From: Podospora anserina
Lineage: Eukaryota
Length of the DNA: 64,000 nucleotides
Assembly (NCBI GenBank): GCA_017654855.1
Contig: CM030337.1
Span: 3,720,001-3,784,000 of the forward strand
Direction of reading: 5' to 3'
Shown here: positions 49,874-63,585 of the stretch, one piece after another
Position numbering within the stretch: position 1 is the stretch's first letter
How the letters are laid out: every line of letters begins with the position of its first letter
The notes under the pieces: generated by a model
What the model was told of the DNA's origin: nothing
Seen by the model: only the letters and a program-made list of their open reading frames with translations
The model's database searches: none
Program-made: the position numbers and the translations under genes

Positions 49874-51052
49874 TCATACCACACCCTCAAGATACGACCC
49901 CAACCCCCAAAGCGCCGCACACCCAGCCAGCGCCGTCGCGCCAACAATCTTCTTGGTCCACCAGTTGTCATCCGTCAGCGGCTTCGCAACTCGCGGAATC
50001 TTTCTTGGCTGTTGCTGCTTCTTCCCCGTCTTGGCCGCAGAGGCAGTAGCATTCCTCTTGGCAGCCTCCTGCTCCTCCGCTCGTGTGTGTAGTTCCGCGA
50101 TCGTCCTGCTCAGCCTGACCATCTCCTCCTCAAACGAAGCGTTTGTCTCCCCCTTTCCGCTGTCCACCTCAACATTCTGGACATTTCCAAAGAAATCCGT
50201 CACTAGCCGTCTCCTTGCCTCTTCCGCCCCGCCCTTGAAGAGGTCGTATCTCACTCCAGCATGACTATGAATCTTCTCGTAGGTGTAACTGTCAAAGAGG
50301 TCGCCGACCGTCTTCTTGCTCGACGTGTCCTTGACCTCGGACTCGAGGAACTCAAGGTTGTAGTATGTATACCGGTCAATGACGGCGACCCCGATGTCGT
50401 TGTCGGCATGGTGGGAGTAGCTCGACTGGTCGAGCTCGGAGCTGCCCGTGGCGATGATGTTGGGTGAGTAGAGCTTGCTGTACATGGTGTTTGCCTGGCA
50501 GGTGTCGATCATGAACAGGATCTCGTGGTACCGTCTCTTCTCCCACATCTGCTCAAACGCATCGGCCAGATCCCAGGCGCCAATCTCCTCCGCGTCTTGG
50601 AACTTGAGGAACTCGTTGCCGCCGTGGCCGGTCATGTAGACTAGGATGTTGGAGCGGTCGTCGGTGAGGAGACGTTTGGACCGGGGCATCTCCTCGCCTA
50701 CGCGGTCGGTGAGGAGGCGGATGAAGTTCTCGACTGTGACCTCGTAGCCGCGGTAGTCGACCTCGATGTTGTCGCCGTAGAGGTCGACGGCGCGGTCGGC
50801 GTTGGAGTAGACTGTGCCTGGGAAGGCGTTGCGCGGGTTGCAGGCCATGTCGTCGGGGAGCATCAGGATGATTTGGGAGTCGGGGATGCCGAGGCGTTTG
50901 ACGGTGCGGTAGATGGAGAGGACGTTGGCGAGGTGGCGGTAGTTGAACCAGAAGCGGGAGGTGCAGACTAGGACGGCCCAGTTGGAGGTGTGTTCGGCGA
51001 GGGAGGGGCCGGCCAGGAGGAAGGCAGGGAGGAGGAGGGAGGAGAGCTTCAT
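49874..51052 (-). CDS. GPI8: GPI-anchor transamidase catalytic subunit
   Basis: NWAVLVCTSRFWFNYRH, MTGHGG, IDTCQA; signal peptide and C-terminal TM. Confidence 0.97.
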   Translation of the reverse strand: MKLSSLLLPAFLLAGPSLAEHTSNWAVLVCTSRFWFNYRHLANVLSIYRTVKRLGIPDSQIILMLPDDMACNPRNAFPGTVYSNADRAVDLYGDNIEVDYRGYEVTVENFIRLLTDRVGEEMPRSKRLLTDDRSNILVYMTGHGGNEFLKFQDAEEIGAWDLADAFEQMWEKRRYHEILFMIDTCQANTMYSKLYSPNIIATGSSELDQSSYSHHADNDIGVAVIDRYTYYNLEFLESEVKDTSSKKTVGDLFDSYTYEKIHSHAGVRYDLFKGGAEEARRRLVTDFFGNVQNVEVDSGKGETNASFEEEMVRLSRTIAELHTRAEEQEAAKRNATASAAKTGKKQQQPRKIPRVAKPLTDDNWWTKKIVGATALAGCAALWGLGSYLEGVV

Positions 51053-52527
51053 CTTTGGTGGTGTTGATGATGTTGGTGGGTAGGTCGTGGTGTTGTGGCA
51101 AACGAGTGGACGATGGTCGGGATTCTTGGCGTCTAGAGTTGGGACGAGTCTCAGGCGGATGGAAACATTGACGCCCGAAACAAAATCACCTGTTCTGGTG
51201 ATATCCGTATCTGGTGGTGGTGGTTATTTTCTTCTGTCGACGTTCAACGCCATGCCATCAGTCAGTCAGCCAAGCCAGGGGGGGCGTCAGCATTGGAGCC
51301 GACACGTCGCGGTCGTTTCACAGTGCCAAGGCCAATCTAACAGATGGCCAAGCATTACATAAGCCATTCTTTTCTCTTTCACAGATCTTAAACCGGGGAC
51401 GGAGATTTCTCTCTGGCTCTGGGGCGGGAGCACCTGTGAAACACGAGCCCAGCCCCACAAGCCTTTGTGCCCACGGTGTCTTAGCGCAACAGCGGTGCTA
51501 GGATTTGCCGAACGCCGAACTTGGGAACAGGGGTGGTTTTACCATAGCTCCAGGCCCAGAGCGGCCGGCCTCGTGTTTTGCTGCACCAGAAGTCAGCAGG
51601 AGGAGAAGAAAAAAAAAAGGCGAGGCCATTGATCACACGTCCCGATCTCTGTGGGGAAGAGGCCGGAGCATGTGACGACGTGACGACACTTTTCCGGCAG
51701 CCCAAGCAGCAACCAGACCGCGGGGCAACAACTGGAGAACTGGCCCCCAGTGCCCCCTACCAAGTAAGACCCTGGAAAACCACGCTATTTGGAGTGGACA
51801 TCGCATGAGCTTCTTTTATATACTTACCTGATGGATACACACAAAAGCAGCAGCAGCACCTTTGACTGACATTGACACCAAGCACAACCTGAGCCCTTCA
51901 CCTGAGCAGGTGCATACATCTCATACCTACCTAGCATTGCTTCGCATCGCATCACAGCACCCACGCCATTACCTACTGCTGTTCGTAACCAAAATCAACC
52001 TGGAAGCCGCGCCATCAGTTAGCTGCCCTGCACGGCGGTTGGCTCGAGGAACAAGCTGCATCACCCAGCATCAGCCATCCGCCCCCCCCCACAGTCCAGT
52101 CCACACACACAGCCCGGCCATCGCATCGACACCCCAGCGACAAACAAACCAGCCCGCGAACCGAAACCTACAACTACAAGCCTCTCCCTCTTTCCAGCTC
52201 CGTCTCCTTTCCAACTCCCCTCCAAACACCTTAGCAGATCAGCCAGACTTCTATTTAACCAACAACGGCTCGACACAAGCCCGCCCCCCCTTTAGCCCAT
52301 ACACTATCCTGCGGCAGTTGTCGATCTAATAACTTTATCCCCGCTTTCCCCACGGTTGCTCGACCCAGGATCCCGTCTCCAACCCCACATCGTGACGTTC
52401 TTAGTCGGCGAGAATCTCCACGGCCTCTCCGGTGGTAGTACTCATAAGGGTCTGTTCTGGTGACACTTGTCCAACGGCCTTCCACACTTTCAGCTGCAGC
52501 AAACAGTCAAAACAGTAATTTATCATC

Positions 52528-54646
52528 ATGGGGCGCCCACCGGCGTACCTGTTCGTGGTGAGGTAAGTTGGTTGCCATATCGTTTTTTTGGAGGGGACTC
52601 TCTGTTGACGTAGTGGTTAGACACGGGTACCGGCTAGATGCTGCCGACAAGCAGTGGCATCTCTCATCGCCGGCTCCTTACGACCCACCTCTCACTTACA
52701 GCGGTTGGCAGCAATGCAAGAATCTGGGTGGCCGAATTGCCTCGATTCTTCAGGAAAGAGTAAAAGAAGACGAGCTTGAGGCGAGGATGAACCCAGATCC
52801 AAACAGGAAGCGAAAACGGTACAAGGTGGTCTTGCACAGTTCGCCGTTTCTTCGATGCATCCAGACTTCAATCGCTATCGGCGCGGGACTGGCACAGGAC
52901 TCGACCCCCTTTGGACCTCCCGATCTGGACTCGCGGCCGCCCACTCCCCCTCCCGCACTCGAGGGACGACCACGGCCACCAAATATCATTACTGACCCGC
53001 CACAGAAACCTGTCAAAATTCGAAAGTCTGTTTTACGACTGGACGCATTCCTTGGAGAATGGCTTTCGCCCACCTACTTCGAACTCATTACCCCACCCCC
53101 CGAGTCTGTTATGATGCTTGCTTCTGCCAAGTCAGAGCTCCTTAGACGGGAAGACTATAGTCACTACCCACCCTTCAGTGGCCATCACCATTCCAATTCC
53201 CAAGGTCACCTCTGGAGTCCGACAGGTCGACCAAGCCCGGCTTCACCACCTAGTGACGGAGGATATGATAGCCTTGGGAGCATGGTTACCCTGAGTAACG
53301 CTTTGCCTAGGAGTCCCAGCATCGGCAGCCAGAGTAGCATAACGAGCAGTCTGAGCACGAGACCCTCTACTCCTAAAATCGAGCTCGGCGTCCACGGATA
53401 CGTGTCGCCGGTGCCACACTACGCTGTTAGCAACAACAACACGATCCCACCAGGCTATGTGGCTCATGCCAAGGATGCGTGTGTAAAGGTTGACTACCAA
53501 TGGGACTCCAGAGGACCCCCTCTGGACTGGGGTGATGGTGGAAGCTTCCCGGAGGAGTGGGCCAGCATGCACAAGAGGTTCCGCAGTGGCGTCCAGAAGC
53601 TGGTTAACTGGTATACGACGGCGGAACATCCCACAGAAATGGTGACGAAGTTTGCTTTTCAGCCTGTTAGGAGAGGATCGGATGGCACCGACTCTGAAGA
53701 TGATGATGTCGAGACGGAGGCGGTTGTCATCATGGTGTCTCATGGTGCCGGCTGCAATGCTTTGATCGGGGCGATTACTCATCAGCCTGTGCTCATGGAC
53801 GTCGGCATGGCCTCCTTGACCATGGCTGTACGGAAGCCCGAGGTTCATGATGTGGACACTACCAACGTCAACGACCTGCCGCCTGTACATCAGTTGTACG
53901 ACCTCAAGTTGTTTGCGAACAGTGATCACATTAGATCGCCGCCTACAACACCCAACCCTTCCCGATCTCCCTCGGTCTCGGTGGCCAGTGTTTTGAACGG
54001 TCCTCGAGGGCGACACATGTCGTTTTCTTCAACTTTGAGCAACTTTTCCTGGAACGACAACAACAATTCCCGTGGGTCGTCGGCAAATATGGCTCTGAAT
54101 GGGCTTAGAAGGACCACTTCGAACACATACAGCAGCACACCAACAACTGGCAGCAAGCTCTCTTATGGTATCAACAGCGGAGGAGGCATTACTGTTGGGA
54201 GTGGCGTCACTTCTTTCACGGCAAACAAGGGGTCAACCTTTGGGCATAGGCCGTCGATCGGTCTCTGGTCTCCAATCTCTTCTCAGCCGGAAGAGGACGA
54301 AGATGACGATTTCTTGTTGCCCAACTTTGGCGATGCGGACCGGAAGCCAGCTTCGTCCGAGACGTCAGAGCAGGTGGATGGTGCAGCAACCCCTACCCCT
54401 GTTCCTGGCACTACCAACAACCTGGATTCGTTCAACCTCTCTGTTAGTCCTAGAGGGACTACCGAAAGGATCCCCACCCCGTCATTTTCTCCCGTCACGA
54501 CTCCCAAGGCGGAATCGTCGGAGCAGCTCGGGGATGGGCCTGGCGGGCTGTGGGGTGGCAACGGACCCAGGCCCCCTGAGGATGCAGATCGGTTGAGAGA
54601 TACCAGCTGTACAAAGAGACGGTGGACTGTCACTGAGCGGAGTTGA
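52528..54646 (+). CDS. Histidine phosphatase (phosphoglycerate mutase-like) family protein with long disordered tail
   Basis: Intron 52563-52620 restores the FVVRHG motif; DPPLT, SSPFLRCIQT, VSHGAGCNAL. Confidence 0.9.
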
Positions 54647-55566
54647 CGGCTCGGGAGAATATTGGAAACACCCCTGCAATGAGCACGAGTTTGTTTGTAT
54701 CATTCCCCTTTTGTTGCTGTTTTTTATCATAGCGTTGTTCAAAAATTGTCTGGTGGAACTTGAGATGAGAGAGCGTTGTATTTTCTTCTTGGACTATTCA
54801 CTTCGTTGATACCTGGCTGTGAGCTATTTTGAGGACTACTGACTTGTTCGACTTATCTGTACTTTTAACTTGGATAGGATGGTGAGAAGGGGTACATGAA
54901 AAGGAGGAGGGAGCGGGGGAGAGGGATGATTGCATGGTGATGGGATTGGATAGCGAAAAAGTTTGTTTGGGATTTTGCTTGGGGTTGAATAGGTACCTAG
55001 TGTATGAGGGTAGCAATATGGATGTAGTAATTATTTGCCCTTGTCTCCGCTTGTGCTGGTGGGGGGTTTGTGAGTGAGTGTGGCGAACTATCGTCCGATG
55101 TTCTGGGTGTATCTAGCCGGATTGATCTAGGGGTGTTTGATCGACGCGGAACGTGGCCGAGCCACATGATGGCAAGCCAGATCACGCTCGACAGCGGCCT
55201 TCCAGAAGACTTGTTGTGGGTGAGTAGAAGGTCCGGTTTGGCCATGGGTGAGTTTTTTCTGAACAGGCTGAAAAGGTGCCGTCCGGAAAGGACTGGATAA
55301 TTGGAAAAGGAAGATGTCATTCCCGAGAAAACGGTATTCTAAACAGTTCTGTGTGCTCATCAAGAGTGGTACTAATACAGAGTTTGCCACCCCAATTCCT
55401 CCCAATGCTTTCCCCTTCCCACCCCTGTTGCAAAGATCCAAAAGAAAAGACGGCTGTCAGCCGTGGTATCATACCCTGATTCTCAACATCAAAAAACCCA
55501 TCATCATCAAAACATCGTTACCTAGGCGCTTGAACCCATCATAACATCGTACACTTTTACTCCCCC

Positions 55567-57904
55567 CTAGTCAGTATCAAAGAAACTCCCACTCCTCTTT
55601 ATCCCCGCCCCCTCATTGCCCATCTCCCCCAAATCAACCCCCCCAACAGCCCATCCGTCCCCCCCCTTGATCATCCCCCCCCATAACCACCACCCCGTCG
55701 CCAACCCACCCCCCAAAACCACCACCGCAACCCCCAACCCAAGCCCCAGTCCCCTCAACCCCTCAAACACAACCCAGTTCCCCGTCTGCGTCCCCATGAC
55801 AAAAACACCCATCATAACCTTGCGGTAAAACTCCACCCCAAACCCCATATCAACTTCATTCCTCATCTTGACACCCAAGTTCCTGCTCGTGAAAGCAGTC
55901 GACTCCCCAATCGTCACCCTCTGAAGCCCGTGCTCCAGCGTCGCAGCCCCCATTGCCAAAAGTCCAAAGACGAACCCCACCGCCGGGAGGTTGACTTTCG
56001 CGCCTGTTGCCATGAGAGAATCGGGATCGGGAGTGAGCGAGCTGCTGGTGTGGAGGGAGAAGGTCAAAATTCCGATAAACGAGAGGACTAACCCTACCGC
56101 AGTGACGAACAGGTGGGTTTTGGGGGTGGAGGTGAAGATTGTGGAGTACTTCCGGTAAAAATAGTTAAAGGTTATGACTGGGATGAGGGAGAGCAGAAAC
56201 GGACCAAAGAAGAACAGGCCGATGGAGGAGGGGGGGAGGCTTAAGGGGAGGGGGTGGAAGATGAGGGAGAGGGAAGACGAAAAAGACCAGAGGGCGGAGA
56301 TGGGGAGGAAGGAGACGAGGAAGAGGAGGAGGGTGGTGGGTGCGAGCATTGCTCTGGGGGCTTGGAGGAGGAGGGAGGGGGAAATAGGGGTGGAATAAGT
56401 GTAGGGATGGAGTTTGGCGAGGTAGGTACAGGCTGTTTCCCAGGAGAGGAGCCTATAGGGCGCGAGCGGGAGGGAGGTTTTGTATCTGCCTGTGCCGGTG
56501 AGGCCAAAGCCGGAAAGGCCGGTCCCTGGTGTGGGAGCGGCGGAGGCGGCGGCGGAGAGGGTGTATGCTCGGTCGAAAACTGTTTCTGGGCAGCCCAAGG
56601 CGATGGCCGGGATAGCGAGGGCGAAGAAGCTGCTGAGGATGGTGAATTGCAGGGTGAAGCCGGCGGAGGATTGAGAGGCGACGCCGCCGAGGATGGGGGG
56701 GAACCAGAGGGTGGCCGTGGTAGTGATGGCGTGTATGGTGATCTTGATGTTGCGTTCGTGTTCCTTTTCCTTGGTCAGTTTCATTTCTTCCTGAGAGACG
56801 AGCAGGACAGAAACTTACAAAGAACGTATCCTGAATACTCCCCAACACCAGCGCATCCCACGCTCCCCAGCCCAGCCCCTGAAACACCCTCGCAGCCATA
56901 CACTGCCCATACGCACCCTCAAAACCAACATTGGTGCTCCACACCGTCCCGATGAAAAACGAGATCAGCGACCCCAGATAAAACGGCCTCTTCCCAACCA
57001 TCCTCGCTGCAATTAAACACCCCAACCCTGTAATGGCCGACAAAATCAGCGGCACACCGGTCAACGCGGCCGCAGCCGTATACGACACGCCATATAATTG
57101 GGAGACCTGAGCATTAACCGTCATAAATATCGTCTTTGTCACCCCTGTCATGGCAACCATCAACATGAGTGACCAAAAGTTGACTTCTTTGCGCCATGTG
57201 GGCCAGTTCTGTCACACAAGTATCAGCATAATCCTTCAAAAGGCCAAGAGGGACAGTCATACCAATGGATCATCCGGGTCATCACTCGGCTGAGGGACCA
57301 ATTCCACACTGCTATACTTCCCCTGCCCGTACTTTATCCTCCGCGGCACATTCAACGATGACGCCGCCGTCGAAGTCCATGACATTCTCGGTTTTGAGTC
57401 TGTCGTGGAAACAGGTGGAAGCTCCATTGCGGTCGCTGCTGATGTCGTCGTCTTCGCCGTAGTTGATGTCCCTGGTCTGGTGGGCGGGTTCATACCCAGC
57501 GGCACCTGTGGCCTAACACTCAAAGGTAATGGCTTCGGTGGAGGTGGTCGATTTGGTGCCGGCACGCTTGGTGGCGGTACACTCGGTGGAGGCATGCTAG
57601 GCGGTGGTAATGGTGTGATGGCAGTGAACCCACTCGCATTCGTCGTACTCCTCGATAACCCCCCTCCCAACTTTGATACCGGCCTCGGTGGTAATGGGCG
57701 ATTTGGCGGCTCCGTCGGACTAGTCGAGTTCAACGATGACTGTGATGGCTTCTTCTTGGCCATCATATGATGCGGTTCCTTTGCTGGAGGAGGCGGTGGT
57801 GGGAACGACTCGATCAATCCCGCTGTGCTGCTCCCATCGTTCCCATTACTCCCCCCTCTGAGCCCCAGCTCCTTCCTCAGGTCTATCCCAAGGTCCTGTC
57901 CCAT
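55567..57904 (-). CDS. MFS transporter-like membrane protein with Pro-rich N-terminus, ~742 aa
   Basis: Exons 57263-57904, 56819-57208, 55567-56763; LVPQPSDDPDDPL|NWPTWRK, GKRP, ARVFQGLG, PET motifs. Confidence 0.85.
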
Positions 57905-60741
57905 GGTGGTGATGATAACGACGGGATGACACCTCTACTCGCTGAGGAGATGTTTTGTGATAAAGGGTCGTCTATCGTCGCTGTCCAGCAGACGAGACGA
58001 ATGTTTGCTGTGAGATGGCCACGAGGAATGGTCAGACTAGAAAAGGAAAGGGGCCAAAGAGGACAACCAGGGGAGAGGCTACCATGGCATTATACGGGTA
58101 CCAGCCTCGGGTAGCAGTAGAGAAAGAAAAAATGTGATGTGGGCAAGGGAGGGCAATCAAGCACTAAGCATTGACCTCACATTCTTGGGTGGTCGTGATA
58201 GGGTTGAATGGTAAGCTGTCGATGCAAGGCCACTCTGGCCGCATGATGGCAAGGGACAAATATGGGCTCAAGAAGGGGGGGAATATATTCTGGTACTGGG
58301 TGGAAGACTCCAGAGTGATGATCTGACCTTCAGCCAAGGGGCGAAAACACTTGGTGGTGATCATGGTAATACAAGCCAACTGCGGCTCATAAAACCCGAA
58401 GAAAGAAGAAACCATCTTCCTTTGTGTATGTCATCGCTGACAGCGTCAAGAACAAGGCAGGACAGCGACAGGCATCCCCTTGCCTGCCTCAAGCTCCCTA
58501 GCGAACCAGCACGACGCGTGGGAAGGGCACTTGTGGTACATACACCAGTACCTGGTCGCGATCGGGGTCAGATCCAAGGTCCCCTGGAATGGGACGGTGA
58601 TGGAGGTGATCAGGCCCGCTTGGACCAGCCAAAGGGCGCCCCTCACACAAGCCCGAGCTCACGAGTGCAGGGACCAACAAGCAGCTGAAACGTTCAGTGA
58701 CACAACGCGGGGTTGTTGTTGTTGAAGATGTCTGTAGGGAAAACAATGTCTTGGTAGTCGTCATTGATTCTCAATAGTAGGGATTTCTTCAGCGAGATAT
58801 CTTCTGGCTAGGGGGAATGAAAATCTCAGAAACCCTTCTGTCAATGTGCCAGGGAGACACCTAGAAAGGGACGTCGTTGAGAGCTGCCCTGTGCGAGGGG
58901 GAGATCGGACCCGAAGAGCGGGGTCGCGCTAAGGGCGCCCCGCTATCCGCCGTAAAGATGTGGGGCCACAGCTGAAGAAGAAATGGAAGCGGCTCTTGCC
59001 GGGCTGTCAGGCCTCCTCCTTGCCTTTGCATTTTCGTGCCTGCGCATGCCGTGCCGTGCCATCAACCATCGGCCATTTTTGACCGTGCCGTCGCAAACTC
59101 GCTCTTTTGATGCTTCTTTCTCCACTGACTCTTCACCGCCGGAACACCGTCCAGTCAGCAGCGCTTCTGTTAGCTGTCGACGCGTTGCTGAACCGCAAAC
59201 ATCTGACTGAAGGATTTGTCAACTCTTGCCACGGGGGATTATGGCCGTCTGTCGTGGAACGTCTTCGGAGGAGAGTTGGGACGAGGAACCCTGAACACTT
59301 CCCTCTTGTGTCGAGGGGGTGTTACAGGTCGCCGAAAGAAGCACTGACCTTGCTCGGGTATCGGAAGGACGCTGTTGAACAAGTTGTAGAGTGCGGTCCG
59401 TGCGTGGAAGGTCGCTTGGCAGGGAACCAGTTTTCTCGAAACAGCTTCCAGCTTCGCTTCTTCAAGCTGCTGATACCCTCATTCTTCGGCATTTTATCTG
59501 AAGAGAGCCCAAGATGCTCTGCAAAAGTTGCACAAACCACGGCACTGATCCCGTCTCGTCTCGACCCGTTCTCAGCATAAACATGGCAGTCCAACCACCA
59601 GGTAAGTCGCTCACACAAACCCGTCTCTCAAAAATAACAGCGGCTTGCCACAACTCCCCCCTGTTCGCCATTTGTTTCTTGTTTCTCCTCAACCCGCAAG
59701 GCATGATTTGTCCGCCCTTCCGGACGTCACCTCAACCAGGTTTCTCAACCCGTCCCTCTCTTGTACTTGCACAAACAAGAACCACAGAGATGAGCATAAA
59801 AGTGATGAAGCTGTGGTTGTACCAGACCCCAACGCCGATCATGCACCGCTCTGCCCGGCAAACCACCACGTCGCTTGACTTGAAAGGGGACGGACCAAGG
59901 TTTGTGCAAGTGATGCCAGTTCAGCCTGTTCTTTTCGATCTACATTGATGCACTGCAAACGCCTCCGTTTCTGAGGATGCGCCAAGTTCATCCCTATCCA
60001 TAGCGCCGCGCGGTATACATGTGCATCGTGGTATGGTCCCCGACTGCGGCCTCCATATGGTCGGTCGTGTCTCATTGCACCGTGTCCTGTTCGCCTGCTG
60101 TGCATCGTGAACCTTCTCTGTCCTTCGGTCAAGTACCATCGCCCACCATCTGCAGCCGGACCACAGGTGTGAGGTGCGAGCTGAGATGGAGAAAGTCCGG
60201 CGCGGCGGGCACAGCGGTCCAGTAGAACACTTGGCTCCGGTGACGGGGCACAGCTGACTGTCCTTGCTCGTAGAGGTAGAAACCTAGATATTGATCACCC
60301 GGAATTGTGAGTGATTGTTCTCTTGGCAGCGCAGGGGAAGCAGGACGCAGAAACACAGCTTCGCTTTGGTTCATAGTGCGGCGATTTCCCGTCTAGAATA
60401 GGCTGCTGAGGCCTTCCCAAGATGTTGGTGCCGTCAAACTGCTCCTCGTTTCTGATCATCATACCGACACGGGATATTTTTGGCGTTGCTATTGAGCATC
60501 AAAACCAGGTCATCCTGGCTTAGAGGCTCAATAAACGGCCAAATATCCCACGCCAGGAGCGAAACAACACCAGAACAACTCATTCATCTTAGTGTTGTTC
60601 GCTTCCAGTACTCGTTGTCCTGATCGTCAACTGTCCTAATCTGGTCCGGGTAGAGTTCGCCTTTGTTGTTCTCTATTCCGCCATGATAGCATGGCCGAAA
60701 TGATCCAGACGGTATTTCCAGGAAAGCGCAAAACCAAGCCA

Positions 60742-61655
60742 TCAAAAAGCAGCAATAACCACAGCCCTACCTTCTTTTCCCTCCCCATCAACCTCCCCTT
60801 CCTGCCTCTCGGCCCCCTCAAACGCCTCTAGCAACTCCCCCGTTCTGACGACCAACTCCTCAAACTGCAGCCTGTACGCCACCGGCAGTTCCTCCCCCTC
60901 CGCCACCAATACCGGCCTTTCTATTCCTGTGTCCTTTTCTTCAATCTTGAACTTGAGTCCGATAGTCTGCTTCGTATCTGCCCACAGTACCTCTGACTCT
61001 GCTGTCCTATTTGACGATGCCGTCGACAGAAAGTTACGTTTAAGACGGATAAGCCCCTCGGAGATGTTAACGTGTGACAGAAAAAGCCCAGGCTTCGGTC
61101 CGAGCTTGACTAGATTCGTGATAACGCAGAGTTGAGAAAACCCCTCATCAGCATCAAGGTAGATATCCTGATGGGGAACAGTTTTCTCCTCCTCTTCTTC
61201 AAGTTCAGGTCGTCGTCGGGGATAGCGCATTCGAGGACGGCGGTTCTCGTCTTGGAGAACGGGTTTGAAGTGGGAGTAGACTTCTCCTAGACTGTTCCGC
61301 AGGGCAGAGTCGGAAGACTCATCGTAGAACTGATCGGTTGATAAGTATTCGCAGTAGAGGTAGGGGGTGGAGATTTTGGCGGTGGGGTGGTAGCATTCTA
61401 GGATGAGCTTGTGGCGGCCGGAAGGGGAGAGGGAGACGGCGAGGTTGTGGAGGCGGTGGTGGAAGATGCGGAGGGCGATGGAGGAGAAGTGGTGGGAGAC
61501 GGCGGTGAGGGGGAGAAGGTCGGAGGTTGGGAGGTCGTTGAGGATTGATAGGAGGAGCTGGCGGGGGTTAGAATGACAGTGGGTAGCACAGAAAAGGGGA
61601 AGATGGCGAAGCTTGCCTCGTTGGGGAGCGAGTTGAGGGGGGTATCCGGAGGCAT
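60742..61655 (-). CDS. F-box domain protein, 284 aa (GC-AG intron)
   Basis: Exon 61617-61655 + exon 60742-61557; joined LNSLPNE|LLLSILNDL..DLLPLTAVSHHF; LILECYHP; FSQLCVITNLVK. Confidence 0.85.
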
Positions 61656-62734
61656 GTCGTCAGGTTAGGTGTTCGTGCTCGTCTGGATGTTATCAGGCAC
61701 TTCTCCGATGTCTTTTCATAGACAGCTTGCCTCCACAGGGCTCTCTTTGCTCTCTGACGCAACAGACATCACGATGCGCGGTTGATAAGAATGGCAGCTA
61801 GGTACGATAACGATGTGGGGTAGGTACGTCAGTCAAGCTTCCCGCTATTGTTCCCGCGGCCCCACTTCCCCAGATGCCGAGTTCCACCCCAGCCACTTGC
61901 CGGACAAGGATCCGCTGTTGTGTCTATCAACGACAAGTGATCTTCAAGATGATATGGCAGTGGTTATCAGTTTCTGCTGAGTAGATAGTCTCATGATGAA
62001 CCTATTGAGAATTTCTTAAAGTAAAGTCAGCATCTAAAATACGCCTCAATACTGCTGAGCTCTCTACCAGGATCGACTATCTGTCCGTCTTACTGTCCTG
62101 GGGAGCATACTGTGCATGCCCTGGCGGTGGCTTTGGATGTGTGATGGTACTCGGCTCATGTCAGGGCCATTCCTCTGGAGAGGCATGTCTTGACCTATCC
62201 ACAGTGGCCGGATCACCTGCAACTGTCGAAGTGAAAGGAAGGATTAAGATTTAAGAGTGACATAGGTAGGTACCTACCTACCCCACCGGTTCCCATCGGT
62301 CACATATTTAGAAAATCGGTGAATCTTTTCGCCGTATGAGGAAGGTCAAGTGTGGAAGTCAACCATCATTCAAGACCACATTTCCGCAATCACGGAAAGC
62401 GACAACTCAGCCTGGGTTTTGGGACTGCTGGATCTGTCCGCAGCAGAGTGTTTGTTGTATGTGACGAAGGCTGCCTGAGGTGGTGGGCGAAGATGCCCTC
62501 ATGATCTGGTCTGGCGGGAGGCCTCCATCTACATGTCGTCAGCAAGTAAAATGTTTGAAATCAACGTATAGTCAAGATTTGATTGTCATGAGTAAACTTG
62601 GTGAGAAATCTCCGTTCTGCGCGCTACATGCCTAGTGAAATCGTATCGTCGTGAAACCCAAGCCCATACTGGAATTCCCATGAGAACCTCTATCATATGA
62701 ACTCCAAAATACAAAATCCGTTTCCTATGCTGCC

Positions 62735-63585
62735 TCACATCAAATCACACTGACCATTATCTGCCACGACCCTGAAGACTTTTGAATCGGGGACGTATTT
62801 CATGGCGTGTAGTGTCAACATCTCCTCCTCGCCAGCCACTTGAATATGAAACGTGCCCACAAGGCTGAACCCCAGCCAGGTGTATAGGCTGTGGCCCATG
62901 GGACTGGCCATGACTGAAATATCTTTCAGGCGCTCTTGATGAACCATCTTCATCCCCCATTTGCAGAGCGAGGAGGCATGACCACGTCGCTGAAACTCGG
63001 GCAACGTGGCAAGAATCTGGAGGTGAATCTGGTCGGGCCCGATCTTGCCAAAGAACATCTTGTAGGCTCGGATTTGACCCTTCCAGAACTCCTGAAAGTG
63101 CTTGTGGTTCGCGTCCCGGCGTGCCCTGCCTCCCTGCCTTTCCACCTCGGTGACAGCTGTTTGGTTCGGTGTATTAGTGTGACGCTTCTACGTATAGTTT
63201 ATTGTTACCTCTGGTGGGAGATCGAACGAGGTTTTCGGTGGGAGAAGTGAGCAAAGAACATGATGAAAGACTTGCGATCCTGGGTTACATAGCCGGGCCC
63301 GTATCGCTTCTTGTTGCGATAAGAAACGTCCCAGACGCTGAACGAGACCACCCGTCTATCCTCACAGCCTGTCTCCAGGCTGTCCTCCACTACCATGACC
63401 TGCCAGTCGTCGTAGGCCGGATCAAGAAAGTACTCGAATAGCAAGCGCGTGAATTTGTAGTGATCCTCAGGATACTCATGGCGATGCGGAAACCGATAAT
63501 CCCATTGCGGATCTAGCGGCATCGTTCTGATGATGACATCTGTAAGAGCCTCGATGTCGGTTGGGAGGCCGGGTCTGGGCTTCAT
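62735..63585 (-). CDS. GNAT-family N-acetyltransferase (GC-AG intron)
   Basis: Exons 63276-63585 and 62735-63156; DPQWDYRFP, LATLPEFQRRGHAS (motif A), ASPMG..LY..LGF. Confidence 0.88.

Noticed and set aside
58100..60700. Many short ORFs upstream of the MFS-like gene
   Set aside because: No codon bias, motifs or consistent splice structure; treated as intergenic/UTR.
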